Assembly (NCBI GenBank): GCA_025351485.1
Contig: JANXVU010000164.1
Coordinates: 438-64,437 of the forward strand
Reading direction: 5' to 3'
DNA length: 64,000 nucleotides
Source: Candidatus Eiseniibacteriota bacterium
Lineage (GTDB): Bacteria > Eisenbacteria > RBG-16-71-46 > JACRLI01
The translations under genes were made by a program, and so were the position numbers. The notes below the pieces were generated by a model. The model ran no database searches. It saw only the letters and a list, made by a program, of their open reading frames with translations, and had not been told where the DNA came from. Positions 9,650-18,895 of this stretch are shown here, piece by piece. How positions within the stretch are numbered: position 1 is the first letter of the stretch; every line of letters starts with the position of its first letter.

Positions 9650-10507
9650 CTACTTCACCGGCACCTTCACCGGCTCGGTGAGCGTGATCCCGAACTTGTG
9701 GCCTAGGGCCAGCACCACCGGTTCGCCGCGCGAGGACAGGGCCAGGCCTGCGCCCGCCGCGCCGCCGATCACAGCACCCTTCTTGGCGTCGCCCGCAGCG
9801 CTTCCGATCAGGCCGCCGATCAGGGCGCCCGCGCCGGTCTTGACCACGTCGCCCTTGGTGTTGCCGCCGGCTTCGTAGGAGAAGGGTTTGGCCGCGATGT
9901 CCACCTTCGCCCCGGAGTCCAGCTCCAGCTGGTCGAACGCCAGGGCCAGCATCGCCTTGCTCTTTCCGCGGCCGGTGGAGTTCACGCCGGTCACGTGGCC
10001 GTGCACCTTGGCCCCTGCCGGAACTGCGACCGCGCCATCCACCACGATCGCGTTACCGATGGTGGCGGTGAACAGGTCACCTTCCTTGGCCGTTTCGCTG
10101 GACAGTTCGGCATTCAGCGAGGCCACCCCCGCGGTGCCCACCGGCACCGTGGCGTAGCGCGTCACAGGGGCCTTGGGTTCGTGCGTGGCGCCGGAGCCGC
10201 TGCCGGCCGAACCGCCGCCATTGGCATCATGGCCACCCGTGGGCTTGTGCGGCCGGCGTGACTGCCGGGGAGCGCTTCCCGGGCCGAGTTCCTTGCCGGT
10301 GCCCCTTTCGGCGTCCGACACGGTTGCTGCCGTTCCGGCGGCTCCGCCGGCCGGCGCCGCCTGGTTATTCGCGGCCAGTATGGAATCCCGCACCTGCTGG
10401 GCCGTCAGGGAGTCGCCCCCCTTCGTGGACAAGTCCTCCTGCTTCTTTGCGCAGCCGAAGGCCACCAGGCCAACGACAAAAGCCACTGCCACAAAACGAG
10501 TTCCCAT
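9650..10507 (-). CDS. Lipoprotein with low-complexity linker and C-terminal beta domain/glycine zipper
   Basis: Lipobox AFGC; 'LSSETAKEGD.F...VPAGAKVHG' (TrbI/VirB10-like beta region); 'GAGALIGGLIG...GAVIGGAAGAG'. Confidence 0.75.
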   Translation of the reverse strand: MGTRFVAVAFVVGLVAFGCAKKQEDLSTKGGDSLTAQQVRDSILAANNQAAPAGGAAGTAATVSDAERGTGKELGPGSAPRQSRRPHKPTGGHDANGGGSAGSGSGATHEPKAPVTRYATVPVGTAGVASLNAELSSETAKEGDLFTATIGNAIVVDGAVAVPAGAKVHGHVTGVNSTGRGKSKAMLALAFDQLELDSGAKVDIAAKPFSYEAGGNTKGDVVKTGAGALIGGLIGSAAGDAKKGAVIGGAAGAGLALSSRGEPVVLALGHKFGITLTEPVKVPVK

Positions 10508-10769
10508 GAGTCTTTCTCCTCCTGGATCAGGTCCTACAGCCTTAACCCTTCCGGGGCGCTATGGTTCCGCCCCGGGTGGGGGCAGACGGTTAAGGAGTTG
10601 ATCCAACAGATACATAAGTGGTATATTATAGATTCGGTCAGGCCAAGATGGCCGGGGGCCGTGTCCCTACTGTAGCCCCGGGACACGCGGCTGTCACCAT
10701 CCCTTGCGGGGTGCCGTCGGGGCGACTACTCTGTACCCTTGATTTCCCCGGACCTTAAGGAGCCATTCT

Positions 10770-12758
10770 TTGTCGAGCCAGGCGACCAACCCGAACCGCT
10801 TCGAGCTGCCCGAACTGACCGTCCCCGTGGGACTGGGCCTGGCCCTCGTCCTGGCCCTGCTGACCTTCGGGCGGGCCACGTTCCAGGCCTTCCCGTTCGT
10901 CTGGGACGATCGCTCGGCCATCGCGGGCTCCACGGAAATGCAGGGCGGGCAGGTGGCGGCCGTGGCTCGCCAGGCGTTCATGGGCCCGGCCGACCCCGCG
11001 GACCACACCCACGCCTACAGGCCGGTCGCCGCGGTCAGTTTTGCCCTGAACTCGATGCTGACCGGCTACCGTTCGCCGGCCTTCCACGCCGTCAATCTGC
11101 TGCTGCACCTCGTGGCGGTGGCGCTCCTGTTCTTCCTGGCCCGGGCCAGCCTGGAGAGCGTGGCGGGGGCCGCGGCGGCCGCGGCGATGCTGGCATCGCA
11201 TCCCCTGGCCGCCGGCGTGGTGGGCTGGGTCGCCGGGCGGGCCGAGCTGCTGGGGCTGGTGTTTGCCCTAGGCGCCGCGCTGGTCTATCGCCGGAGCACC
11301 TCTTCCGGGCGCGATTCGATCGGGCTCCTCGCAGCGGCCTGGGTCCTGGCGCTTCTTTCCATGTTGTCCCACGAGTCCGGCCTGGCGCTACTCCTGGCGC
11401 TGCCGCTCCTGGACCGGTGGGCCCCGGGATTCCAGCCGGCCAGGGGAATGGGCTCGTTCTTCTCGCGGCAGGGCGGCCTGTGGGCCGCGGCATTCCTGTA
11501 CCTCGCGCTTCGGGTGCATGCCCATCCGGCCGGCCTGGATGCGGGGATCGGGTCCGAGGCCCGGCCGCTCTTCGCCGCCCTGACCATCGGCCGCGCCCTG
11601 TTCTACGACGTGCTGGTGGCGCTGCTTCCCCTGCTCACCACGGTGCTTTCGCCCCTGGTGGTGTCCGGGCCGCGTGGCCTTGAGGTGGTGAACGAGGGCT
11701 CCGGGGCCCTGGGCGCCCTGGCCGTTCCGGCGCTGCTGGTCATGCTGGCGCTCTCCATCGGGGTGCTCATGCGTCACCGCGCCGCGGGTGTCGGGCTGCT
11801 CTGGTTCTGGCTCGCCCTGTTGCCGCTGCTGGACCTGTCCATCGTCACCGCCACCACGCCCGACCGGGCGCTGTACATTCCGCTGGCCGGCCTGTCGATC
11901 GCCTTCGGAGCCCTGGCCATGTGGCTTTTCCGGCGCCTCCCGAGCCCCCGGACCGCGCTGGTCGCGGTGCTGGGGATCCTGCTGGTCCACACCGGCGTGG
12001 GGATCGCGCGCGTGGGGCTCTGGAAAGACGAAGTGTCGCTGCCGCAGACGCTGGCCGCGCGTCACCCGCAGAACTCCACGGCGCTGACCGAACTGGGCGC
12101 CGCCTACGGCCGCTCGGGCAAGACGGAGGAGGCGCTGAAGACCTTCCGCGCCGCGCGAAGCGTGGATTCGCTGGATGCCCGCGCGGCGTGCAACCTGGCG
12201 CTGGCCTATGTGCGCGCCGGCAAGCCCGATTCGGCGATCCTGGTGCTCGGGCCGGCGCTGCGCAACTCTCCCGGCATGCCGGAGCTGCACCTGGCCGCGG
12301 CCGAGGCGCTGCTGGCCAAGGGCGAAGTGGCCGAGGCGATGTCCTCGTACGCCGACGTGCTGGACCACGACACCACCAACGTCACGGCCCACATGGGCAT
12401 GGCCCAGATCTACTACGGCCAGCACCAGCTGCCGGAGGCGGTCATCGAACTGCAGCGCGCCCTGGAGTTCGCCCCAAGGGACCCGCGCATCCACAACAAC
12501 CTGGGGCTCGTCTACTTCGTTGCCCGCAGGTTCGACGAGGCCGACAAGGAGTTTCGCCGGGCGATCCAGCTCGACGGCTCGGTGTCCCAGTTCTACTACA
12601 ACCTGGCCCGCCTCAAGTACCAGCAGGGCCAGTACGCCGAGGCGATGCCGCCGGTGCAGAAGCTCATGGAATTGCTTCCCGGCAACCCGGGGCCGCGCGC
12701 GCTGCGGGACACCATCCAGGCGCGGCTTTCACGCGGGGCCCCCCGCCAGGACCGGTAG
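10770..12758 (+). CDS. TMTC-like multi-TM GT-C glycosyltransferase with C-terminal TPR repeats
   Basis: 'FVWDD', 'YRPV', 'FHAVNLLLH', 'GRAELL', 'DRALYIP', many TM segments, TPR tail. Confidence 0.8.
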   Translation: MSSQATNPNRFELPELTVPVGLGLALVLALLTFGRATFQAFPFVWDDRSAIAGSTEMQGGQVAAVARQAFMGPADPADHTHAYRPVAAVSFALNSMLTGYRSPAFHAVNLLLHLVAVALLFFLARASLESVAGAAAAAAMLASHPLAAGVVGWVAGRAELLGLVFALGAALVYRRSTSSGRDSIGLLAAAWVLALLSMLSHESGLALLLALPLLDRWAPGFQPARGMGSFFSRQGGLWAAAFLYLALRVHAHPAGLDAGIGSEARPLFAALTIGRALFYDVLVALLPLLTTVLSPLVVSGPRGLEVVNEGSGALGALAVPALLVMLALSIGVLMRHRAAGVGLLWFWLALLPLLDLSIVTATTPDRALYIPLAGLSIAFGALAMWLFRRLPSPRTALVAVLGILLVHTGVGIARVGLWKDEVSLPQTLAARHPQNSTALTELGAAYGRSGKTEEALKTFRAARSVDSLDARAACNLALAYVRAGKPDSAILVLGPALRNSPGMPELHLAAAEALLAKGEVAEAMSSYADVLDHDTTNVTAHMGMAQIYYGQHQLPEAVIELQRALEFAPRDPRIHNNLGLVYFVARRFDEADKEFRRAIQLDGSVSQFYYNLARLKYQQGQYAEAMPPVQKLMELLPGNPGPRALRDTIQARLSRGAPRQDR

Positions 12759-12779
12759 CTTCCGGCCCGGAAACATGAC

Positions 12780-14750
12780 ATGCGACTGACCGTTCCCTTC
12801 GACATGGCCCGGCGCCGCCGGCTGGTGGAGCGCGATCGCACCCGCGATGCCGTGGCCACGCGCGCGTTCCGGGTGCTGGGGTGGCTCATCCTGTCCGCGG
12901 CCACCCTGTGGCTGTACCTGCCGTCTGTCCGCGGCGAACTGGTGTGGGACGACCTCGCCCGCATCGGCGTGCCGTCGGCCTCCGGGCACGCGCCATGGTT
13001 TCGCGACGTGCTGCCCCGCGACCTGGGATTGGGCGCCGGCCCTGAACGGTACCGTCCGCTCACGCAGCTCTCGCTGCGGGCCGACCTGAAGCGCGCCGCA
13101 GGAGATTCCGCCGCGTTCCACTGGACGTCCATCCTGCTGCACCTGTTCAACGTGTTGCTGGTCAATATGCTGGCGCGCCGTCTCCGGCTGACGCGCGGCG
13201 CCTCATGGTTTGCCGCGCTGCTCTTCGCGGTCTATCCGCTCGGTACACTGGCCGTGGGCCACGTCGGTGGCCGGGAGGAAGTTCTGGCGCTCACCTTCCT
13301 GTTGATGGCCTTCCTGCTGCACGCGTCCCGCCGGTGGATCTACGAGCCGGTCGCGGTACTGATGTTCACGCTGGCGCTGCTGGCCCGGCCGGCGGCGGCC
13401 GGCGGCGGCCTGGTGATGATCGCCTGGGAGCTCAAGCGCGGCCGGCCGCTTCGCGAGGCCCTGGCCCGGCTGGCCCCCTACGCGGTGGTTGGGGCGGTGG
13501 TGCTGTTCGCTGTCCGCCGCCACTTCGGGACGCTGGGATTCATGTCGGGAATGGAAGGGGATCCGCGGGCGCTCTTGCGCACCGTGCCGGTCGCGTTCTA
13601 CCGGCTGTTCCAGGTGATGCTCCGTCCCTATGCCGTGTCGGAGCCCTCGGTGCTCAACTTCCGCGGCGAAAACCTCGTGCCCTGGGTGGCGGCCTCCTGG
13701 GAGCCGCGCCTGCTGGCCGGTCTCGCGTTCACCCTGGCCTACGGGGCCGCCGTTTGGCTCACCGTGCGCGGCCGCGGCCGCGCGCTGGTCCCCATGGTGG
13801 CGCTGCCGGTGCTGTGGCTGCCGCTGGACAGCATTTTCTTCGGGCGCGCGTTCGACCTGACCCACAACTTGTACGCGCCTTCGGTGGCGTTCGTGCTGCT
13901 CATGGCCCTGATGGTGGAGCGCGCCGGTTTCGAGGGCCGGGCCGGTGGAGTGCGGCGCGCGCTGGTGGCGGCGGCGGCCGCCCTGGTGGCGCTCTCGTTC
14001 GTGGTGGCCACGCAGGCGAGGCTGGGAGTGTGGCACGACGAGGGCACCGTCTATCTGGAGGCGATGAACCGGTATCCTTCCGTGGCCGCCTATCATGCCG
14101 GTTACGGAACCTGGCTGGCCCGCAAGGGAGACGATCTTCCCGCGGTGGACGAGCTTCGCCGGGCGGTGGAGATGGACCCCACCCTGGCCGCGGCGCACTA
14201 CAACCTTGGTCTTCTCCATGCTTCCCTGGCGCGCGACGGCGAGGCCGCCTCCTCGTTCGAGCGCGCCGCCGCTCTGGATCCCAGGGACCCGGACGCGCTC
14301 CTGGGCCTGGCCCGCGCCTGCCTGCGGCTCGACCGGCCGGCCGAGGCGCTGGCCTCCGCGCAGCGGGCGGTGGCCCTGGACGGGTCACGCGCCGACCTGC
14401 ACGAGGCCCTGGGAATGGCGCGGATGGAACGGGGCGACCTGAGCGAGGCCGAATTGGAAGTCGAGCGCGCGATCCAATTGGAGCCGCGGGGAGCCCGCCA
14501 TCATGCGGCCCTGGCGGCGGTACTGCGGCGCGCCCGCCGGCTGGAAGAATCCCTGGTGGTGGCCACCAACGCGGTGCGCCTGGACGGCCGGAGCCCCGAG
14601 GCGGCGCTGGAGCGCGCCCGCACGCTGGACGCCCTTGGCCGACGGGGGGAAGCCCTGGAAGACCTGAACCGCTACCAGGCGCTGGTGCAGTACCCGGATC
14701 CTGCCGCGCTTCGTCTGCTGGAATCCCTCAAGCAGAAGCTGGGCCGCTAG
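12780..14750 (+). CDS. Second TMTC-like multi-TM GT-C protein with TPR repeats
   Basis: 'LVWDD', 'YRPL', 'FHWTSILLH', 'GREEVL', 'NLYAP', TPR tail. Confidence 0.78.
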   Translation: MRLTVPFDMARRRRLVERDRTRDAVATRAFRVLGWLILSAATLWLYLPSVRGELVWDDLARIGVPSASGHAPWFRDVLPRDLGLGAGPERYRPLTQLSLRADLKRAAGDSAAFHWTSILLHLFNVLLVNMLARRLRLTRGASWFAALLFAVYPLGTLAVGHVGGREEVLALTFLLMAFLLHASRRWIYEPVAVLMFTLALLARPAAAGGGLVMIAWELKRGRPLREALARLAPYAVVGAVVLFAVRRHFGTLGFMSGMEGDPRALLRTVPVAFYRLFQVMLRPYAVSEPSVLNFRGENLVPWVAASWEPRLLAGLAFTLAYGAAVWLTVRGRGRALVPMVALPVLWLPLDSIFFGRAFDLTHNLYAPSVAFVLLMALMVERAGFEGRAGGVRRALVAAAAALVALSFVVATQARLGVWHDEGTVYLEAMNRYPSVAAYHAGYGTWLARKGDDLPAVDELRRAVEMDPTLAAAHYNLGLLHASLARDGEAASSFERAAALDPRDPDALLGLARACLRLDRPAEALASAQRAVALDGSRADLHEALGMARMERGDLSEAELEVERAIQLEPRGARHHAALAAVLRRARRLEESLVVATNAVRLDGRSPEAALERARTLDALGRRGEALEDLNRYQALVQYPDPAALRLLESLKQKLGR

Positions 14751-14950
14751 AATCCCCCGCCCGCCGACACCTGCCTCGGAATAATTCGGCGGGTCGCATT
14801 TTATTGACTTTTGGAACCCGCTCCACTAGCCTCTACAGCCACGCTGGACGGAACTCCAAATGCGCCCACGTCCGTCCCGCGCTCTCCCATCGAAGTCGGC
14901 ACCCCGTTCCTCATCCGAGCATCCGTGCACCCTCACCGGAGGAGTCCCCT

Positions 14951-17900
14951 ATGACCTTGAAACAGTTGGGTGCGGTTTGTCTCATCGCCGGCGCCTCGCT
15001 CTGCGCGCTGCTATCCGCGGCGCTGGCCGGTCCCCGCACCGATAACCGCCACCCCGTGGGCTGGGAGCGCATGCACCGCCCGGTCCGCGCCCAGCGCGCT
15101 CAGCTGGACCCCTACGGGACCGTCCAGATTCCCAAGGACATCCAGTCCTACTTTGACGGCGGCGCCGCGCCCGATGACCAGGTGGACAATCCAGAAGGCG
15201 ACGGGCACGCTCCGCAGATCCTTCCGAACAACGGCCCCCGCCCGCAGCGCTCCGAACTGGTGGGCAGCAACGTGCGGGTAAACAACACCGCCGGCGACCC
15301 GGCGGGCATTTGCAACTCCGAGACCCACATGGCCGCCCTGGGAAACTACATGGTGGCCGGCTGGAACGACGGCCTGAACTTTGGCACGCCTCCCGGCAAC
15401 TCCGGCTACTCCTACTCGGTCGACGGCGGGCTCTCGTGGATTGACGGCGGCGTGCCGCCCAACACCGGCTACCCGACCGGCCGCTACGAGGGCGATCCTG
15501 TCCTGGCGGTGGATAACGCCGGCAATTTCTACTACGCGAACCTGTTCACGCCCGACGGTTCCCAGTCCGGGCTCTCGGTCAACCACGGCAAGTTCGCCGG
15601 CTTTGTCTTCACCTGGGACCCGCCGGTGGTGCCGGTGCAGACGGCCACCGACTTCCTGGACAAGGAATGGATCGCGGTCGACCCGGTGAACGGGAACATC
15701 TACATGAGCTACACACGCTTCCTGGGCGCGGGCGGAGACCAGGTCGAGTTCACGTACTCCACCAACCAGGGCGCCACCTGGAGCGTTCCCCAGGTGCTCA
15801 CCAACCCGGCGCTCATCGGCATCCAGGGCTCGCGCCCGGTGGTGGACGCCGCGCACGGGGTGCACGTGATCTACTACGCCGAAGACAACTTCACCTTCGT
15901 GGACGGGCAGCGCATGCGCTCCTCCAGCGACATGGGCGTGACCTTCGGAGCCGAGGCCGTGGTGGCCGCGCCGATCTACACCAACTACGGCTCGGGCCCC
16001 CCGGGATACAACCGGACCAACTGCAACGGATTCGCGTCCGTCGCCGTGGACCGCTCCGGCGGCCCGCGCAACGGCAACCTGTACGCCACCTGGGCCGAGG
16101 CCGTCGACTTCTACGATGACAACCTGGGCGGCAACGGCGTGGTCAACGAGGTCGAGAACAACGGCACGCCGGCCACCGCCAACCCCTTCACCCTGGGCAA
16201 CAACCTGCTGGGATCCCTGGCCAGCACCGCCGACCAGGACTGGTTCAAGTTCAACGCGGTCGCGGGCCAGACCGTGGAATTCTACATGGCCCCCAACGGC
16301 AGCGCCGAGGAAGGCTTCCTGCGACTGTTCGCCTTTGGCGGCGCCACCGCGCAGCGCGTGGCGGTGAGCCACTTCTCGGGCGGCCAGGCGGTGATCGTCT
16401 ACACCATCCCCACCAGCGGCACGTACTTCCTGCGGGCGCTGAACTTCGACGGCGTGGCGACCCACGTGGGCGCCTACGTGGTCTACACCGGGCTGCACTT
16501 GCCGGTGGTGGCCGACGTGGCGCGGGACTGCCGCGACGTGATGCTCACCTCTTCCAGCGACGGCGGCGCGACTTGGACGCCGCGCACCGTGGTGAACGAC
16601 GATGCGGCGCTGTTCGACAACTCCTTCCCGGAAGTGGCAGTGGACGGCATCGGCAAGGTGCACGTGGACTGGTATGACCACCGCAACGACCCCGGGTCGG
16701 GCATCCTGACTGACATGTACTACTCCCGCTCGCAGGACGGCGGCGCCACGTTCCCGGCCTCGGTGCGGATCAACGACGGCCCGTCGCTCAACTGGAGCAA
16801 CGTCAGCAGCAATCTGCAGCCGAACATGGGCGACTACAGCGCGCTGGTCGCGGACGGGATGAACGTGTACGGCAACTTCGCGGACGGGCGGCAGGGGAGC
16901 CCGGACTCGTGGTTCGTCCCGATCTCGGGCGGCTTCACGGTGCAGTGCCCGACGGCTGTGGGCGCGCGCTGCCCGGGCGACACGGTCAGTTACACCTACC
17001 ACGTGTGCAGCAACGACCCGTTCCCGGCGTACCTGATTTTCAGCTACACCAACTCGGCGGGGTCCGATTGCGCGCGGACTGACAGCGCGCTGATCAACCC
17101 GGGCGAGTGCCGGGACATCAGCTTCAGCTGCGTGATTCCGCGCTGCACCAAGGACAACGAGATCGTGTTCGCCGCCGCCTACAGCCTGTCCAACTGCCGC
17201 GACCAGGTGGTCCGCTGTTCGCTGACCCAGCCGGTCAATCACAACCAGCTGTACACCTTCGGCAATTGCGCCCAGGGCAGGATCGCCCAGCCCGGGGAGA
17301 GCGTCGCTCTGAACTGGAACTTCTGCGTGCAAGGCGTGCTGGTCTGCCCGGACTCGCTGTTCTGCGACCTGTTTGACTCGCAGGGCTGGCTCTTTTCGGG
17401 ACCGCAACACCAGGAGGGCCCGCTGGCCCTCGGGTGCGTGGGTGCCGGTGGACAGATCGACGTTCCGGCGAACTGCGCGCCGGGCGACTCCACGATCGTC
17501 TACTTCATCTGCCACAACACGTGCGGCGACATCGTGGACACGTGCGCGACGGTCATCAAGTGCCAGCCGATCACTCCGGTGCGGATGACCAACATCGACA
17601 TCGAGGCCGGCCACCGGTTCATCGAGGTGAAGTGGACCGCGTTCATCGAGGGCGCCTCGTCGTTCCGGGTGTCCCGCTCCGCGACCCGCGCGGGCAGCTA
17701 CGCGCAGATCGGATCGGACATCGACGGCGGCAGGGGCAGCGACTTCTCGCTGCGCGACGAGTCGGTGCGCCCGGCCACCGAGTACTGGTACAAGGTCGGA
17801 TACAACACGAGCGGCAACTGGACCTGGTCGCAGCCGATCCGGGTGAAGACCCCGGCGGCGGTGTTCTCGTTCAGCGCGGCCCGTCCCAACCCGACCCGCG

Positions 17901-18136
17901 GCGCCACACGCCTCGATTACGAAATCGAGCGCACCGGCACGGCCAGGCTGGAAATCTACAACCTGAACGGACAGCGCATCCGGACCCTGCTGGACGGCCC
18001 GGCGGAAGCCGGAACCGGATCGGTCACCTGGGATGGACGCACCGCCTCGGGCGACCGCGCTCCGGCGGGCGCGTACTTCGCGCGCCTCAGCTCGGCGGGC
18101 AAGGTGGCGAACCAGCGGATCATGCTGCTCCGATAG
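14951..18136 (+). CDS. Large secreted protein: BNR/sialidase-like propeller, inserted PPC domain, Cys-rich Ig-like units, C-terminal FlgD-Ig domain
   Basis: GGAGG RBS before ATG 14951; signal peptide; SxDGG boxes, 'DKEWIAVD', 'GDY'; PPC-like 'EVENNGT...DQDWFKF'; C-terminal 'PNP...IYNLNGQRIRTL...WDG...GAYFARL'. Confidence 0.85.
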   Translation: MTLKQLGAVCLIAGASLCALLSAALAGPRTDNRHPVGWERMHRPVRAQRAQLDPYGTVQIPKDIQSYFDGGAAPDDQVDNPEGDGHAPQILPNNGPRPQRSELVGSNVRVNNTAGDPAGICNSETHMAALGNYMVAGWNDGLNFGTPPGNSGYSYSVDGGLSWIDGGVPPNTGYPTGRYEGDPVLAVDNAGNFYYANLFTPDGSQSGLSVNHGKFAGFVFTWDPPVVPVQTATDFLDKEWIAVDPVNGNIYMSYTRFLGAGGDQVEFTYSTNQGATWSVPQVLTNPALIGIQGSRPVVDAAHGVHVIYYAEDNFTFVDGQRMRSSSDMGVTFGAEAVVAAPIYTNYGSGPPGYNRTNCNGFASVAVDRSGGPRNGNLYATWAEAVDFYDDNLGGNGVVNEVENNGTPATANPFTLGNNLLGSLASTADQDWFKFNAVAGQTVEFYMAPNGSAEEGFLRLFAFGGATAQRVAVSHFSGGQAVIVYTIPTSGTYFLRALNFDGVATHVGAYVVYTGLHLPVVADVARDCRDVMLTSSSDGGATWTPRTVVNDDAALFDNSFPEVAVDGIGKVHVDWYDHRNDPGSGILTDMYYSRSQDGGATFPASVRINDGPSLNWSNVSSNLQPNMGDYSALVADGMNVYGNFADGRQGSPDSWFVPISGGFTVQCPTAVGARCPGDTVSYTYHVCSNDPFPAYLIFSYTNSAGSDCARTDSALINPGECRDISFSCVIPRCTKDNEIVFAAAYSLSNCRDQVVRCSLTQPVNHNQLYTFGNCAQGRIAQPGESVALNWNFCVQGVLVCPDSLFCDLFDSQGWLFSGPQHQEGPLALGCVGAGGQIDVPANCAPGDSTIVYFICHNTCGDIVDTCATVIKCQPITPVRMTNIDIEAGHRFIEVKWTAFIEGASSFRVSRSATRAGSYAQIGSDIDGGRGSDFSLRDESVRPATEYWYKVGYNTSGNWTWSQPIRVKTPAAVFSFSAARPNPTRGATRLDYEIERTGTARLEIYNLNGQRIRTLLDGPAEAGTGSVTWDGRTASGDRAPAGAYFARLSSAGKVANQRIMLLR

Positions 18137-18185
18137 TCCCATCAAGGTGAGGGGCGGGATGTTCCGCCCCTCAAGTGCCTCAAGT

Positions 18186-18220
18186 GAAAGGCCCCGGGGC
18201 TTGACTCCGGGGCCTTTCTT
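18186..18220 (+). terminator. Intrinsic terminator
   Basis: gaaaggccccgg...ccggggcctttc followed by tt. Confidence 0.75.
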
Positions 18221-18270
18221 GTTGAACTTGGTGGATCAGGATGGAGATTCACCCCGGGACGAGGGACGCC

Positions 18271-18876
18271 ATGTTTCAGAAAGATCTGCTGATTTACGCC
18301 GTGCACCTGCTGTTCTGGGGTTCCAGCGGCATCGGCCGGCTCTTCATCCGATCGCCGAAAGGCGCCGAGGCCGGGGCCGCTGCGCCGGCCCCGGAGGCGA
18401 AAGAGGAGCGCTCCGCGCCCCATTCCCGGCTGCTGCTCGTCTTTCACTCGGTGGCGTTCGGCGCGATGTACCTCGGCGTGGGCCAGTTCGCGATCCCGGG
18501 GCGCGTGCCGGCCTGGTTTCCGGGCCAGCGAATCGCGGGGACGGTGATCATCCTGGCGGGCGGTGCGATCATGGCGTGGGCCATGGCCACGTTTCAGTCG
18601 TGGCGGTTCCGCGCCAAGCTGGAGCAAGGGCATAAACTGGCCACCGGCGGCCCGTTCCGGCTCTTCCGGCATCCGATCTACCTGGCCCTGGATCTGCTGG
18701 CGCTGGGCACGGCGGTGTGGATCCCGTCCGCGGCCTGCTGGATCGGGTTCGTGCTGATGGTGATTGGAAGCGATCTCAGGGCGCGCGCGGAAGAGTCGTT
18801 GCTCCGGGAGACTTTTGGGCAGGTCTACCTGGACTACTGCGCGCGCACCCGGCGTTTCATCCCGGGAGTGTACTGA
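18271..18876 (+). CDS. Isoprenylcysteine carboxyl methyltransferase (ICMT/PEMT) family membrane protein
   Basis: 'HKLATGGPFRLFRHPIY', 'EESLL..FG..Y.DY..RTRRFIP'. Alternative start at 18241. Confidence 0.88.
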   Translation: MFQKDLLIYAVHLLFWGSSGIGRLFIRSPKGAEAGAAAPAPEAKEERSAPHSRLLLVFHSVAFGAMYLGVGQFAIPGRVPAWFPGQRIAGTVIILAGGAIMAWAMATFQSWRFRAKLEQGHKLATGGPFRLFRHPIYLALDLLALGTAVWIPSAACWIGFVLMVIGSDLRARAEESLLRETFGQVYLDYCARTRRFIPGVY

Positions 18877-18895
18877 TCGGGTGGATGGCGCCGGA

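Noticed and set aside
10590-10635. AT-rich patch between divergent genes as an RNA gene
   Set aside because: No stable structure seen; better explained as divergent promoter or nucleoid-protein-binding DNA.
15011-18145. Very long antisense or shadow ORFs (e.g. 15011-18145, 52746-56510, 21777-24644, 41594-43438)
   Set aside because: They overlap well-supported genes, are Arg/Gly/Pro-rich with no motifs, and are expected in high-GC DNA.
18148-18186. Hairpin plus short tandem cctcaagtg duplication as a CRISPR or att remnant
   Set aside because: Only two adjacent 9-nt copies, no spacers, no cas or integrase gene.
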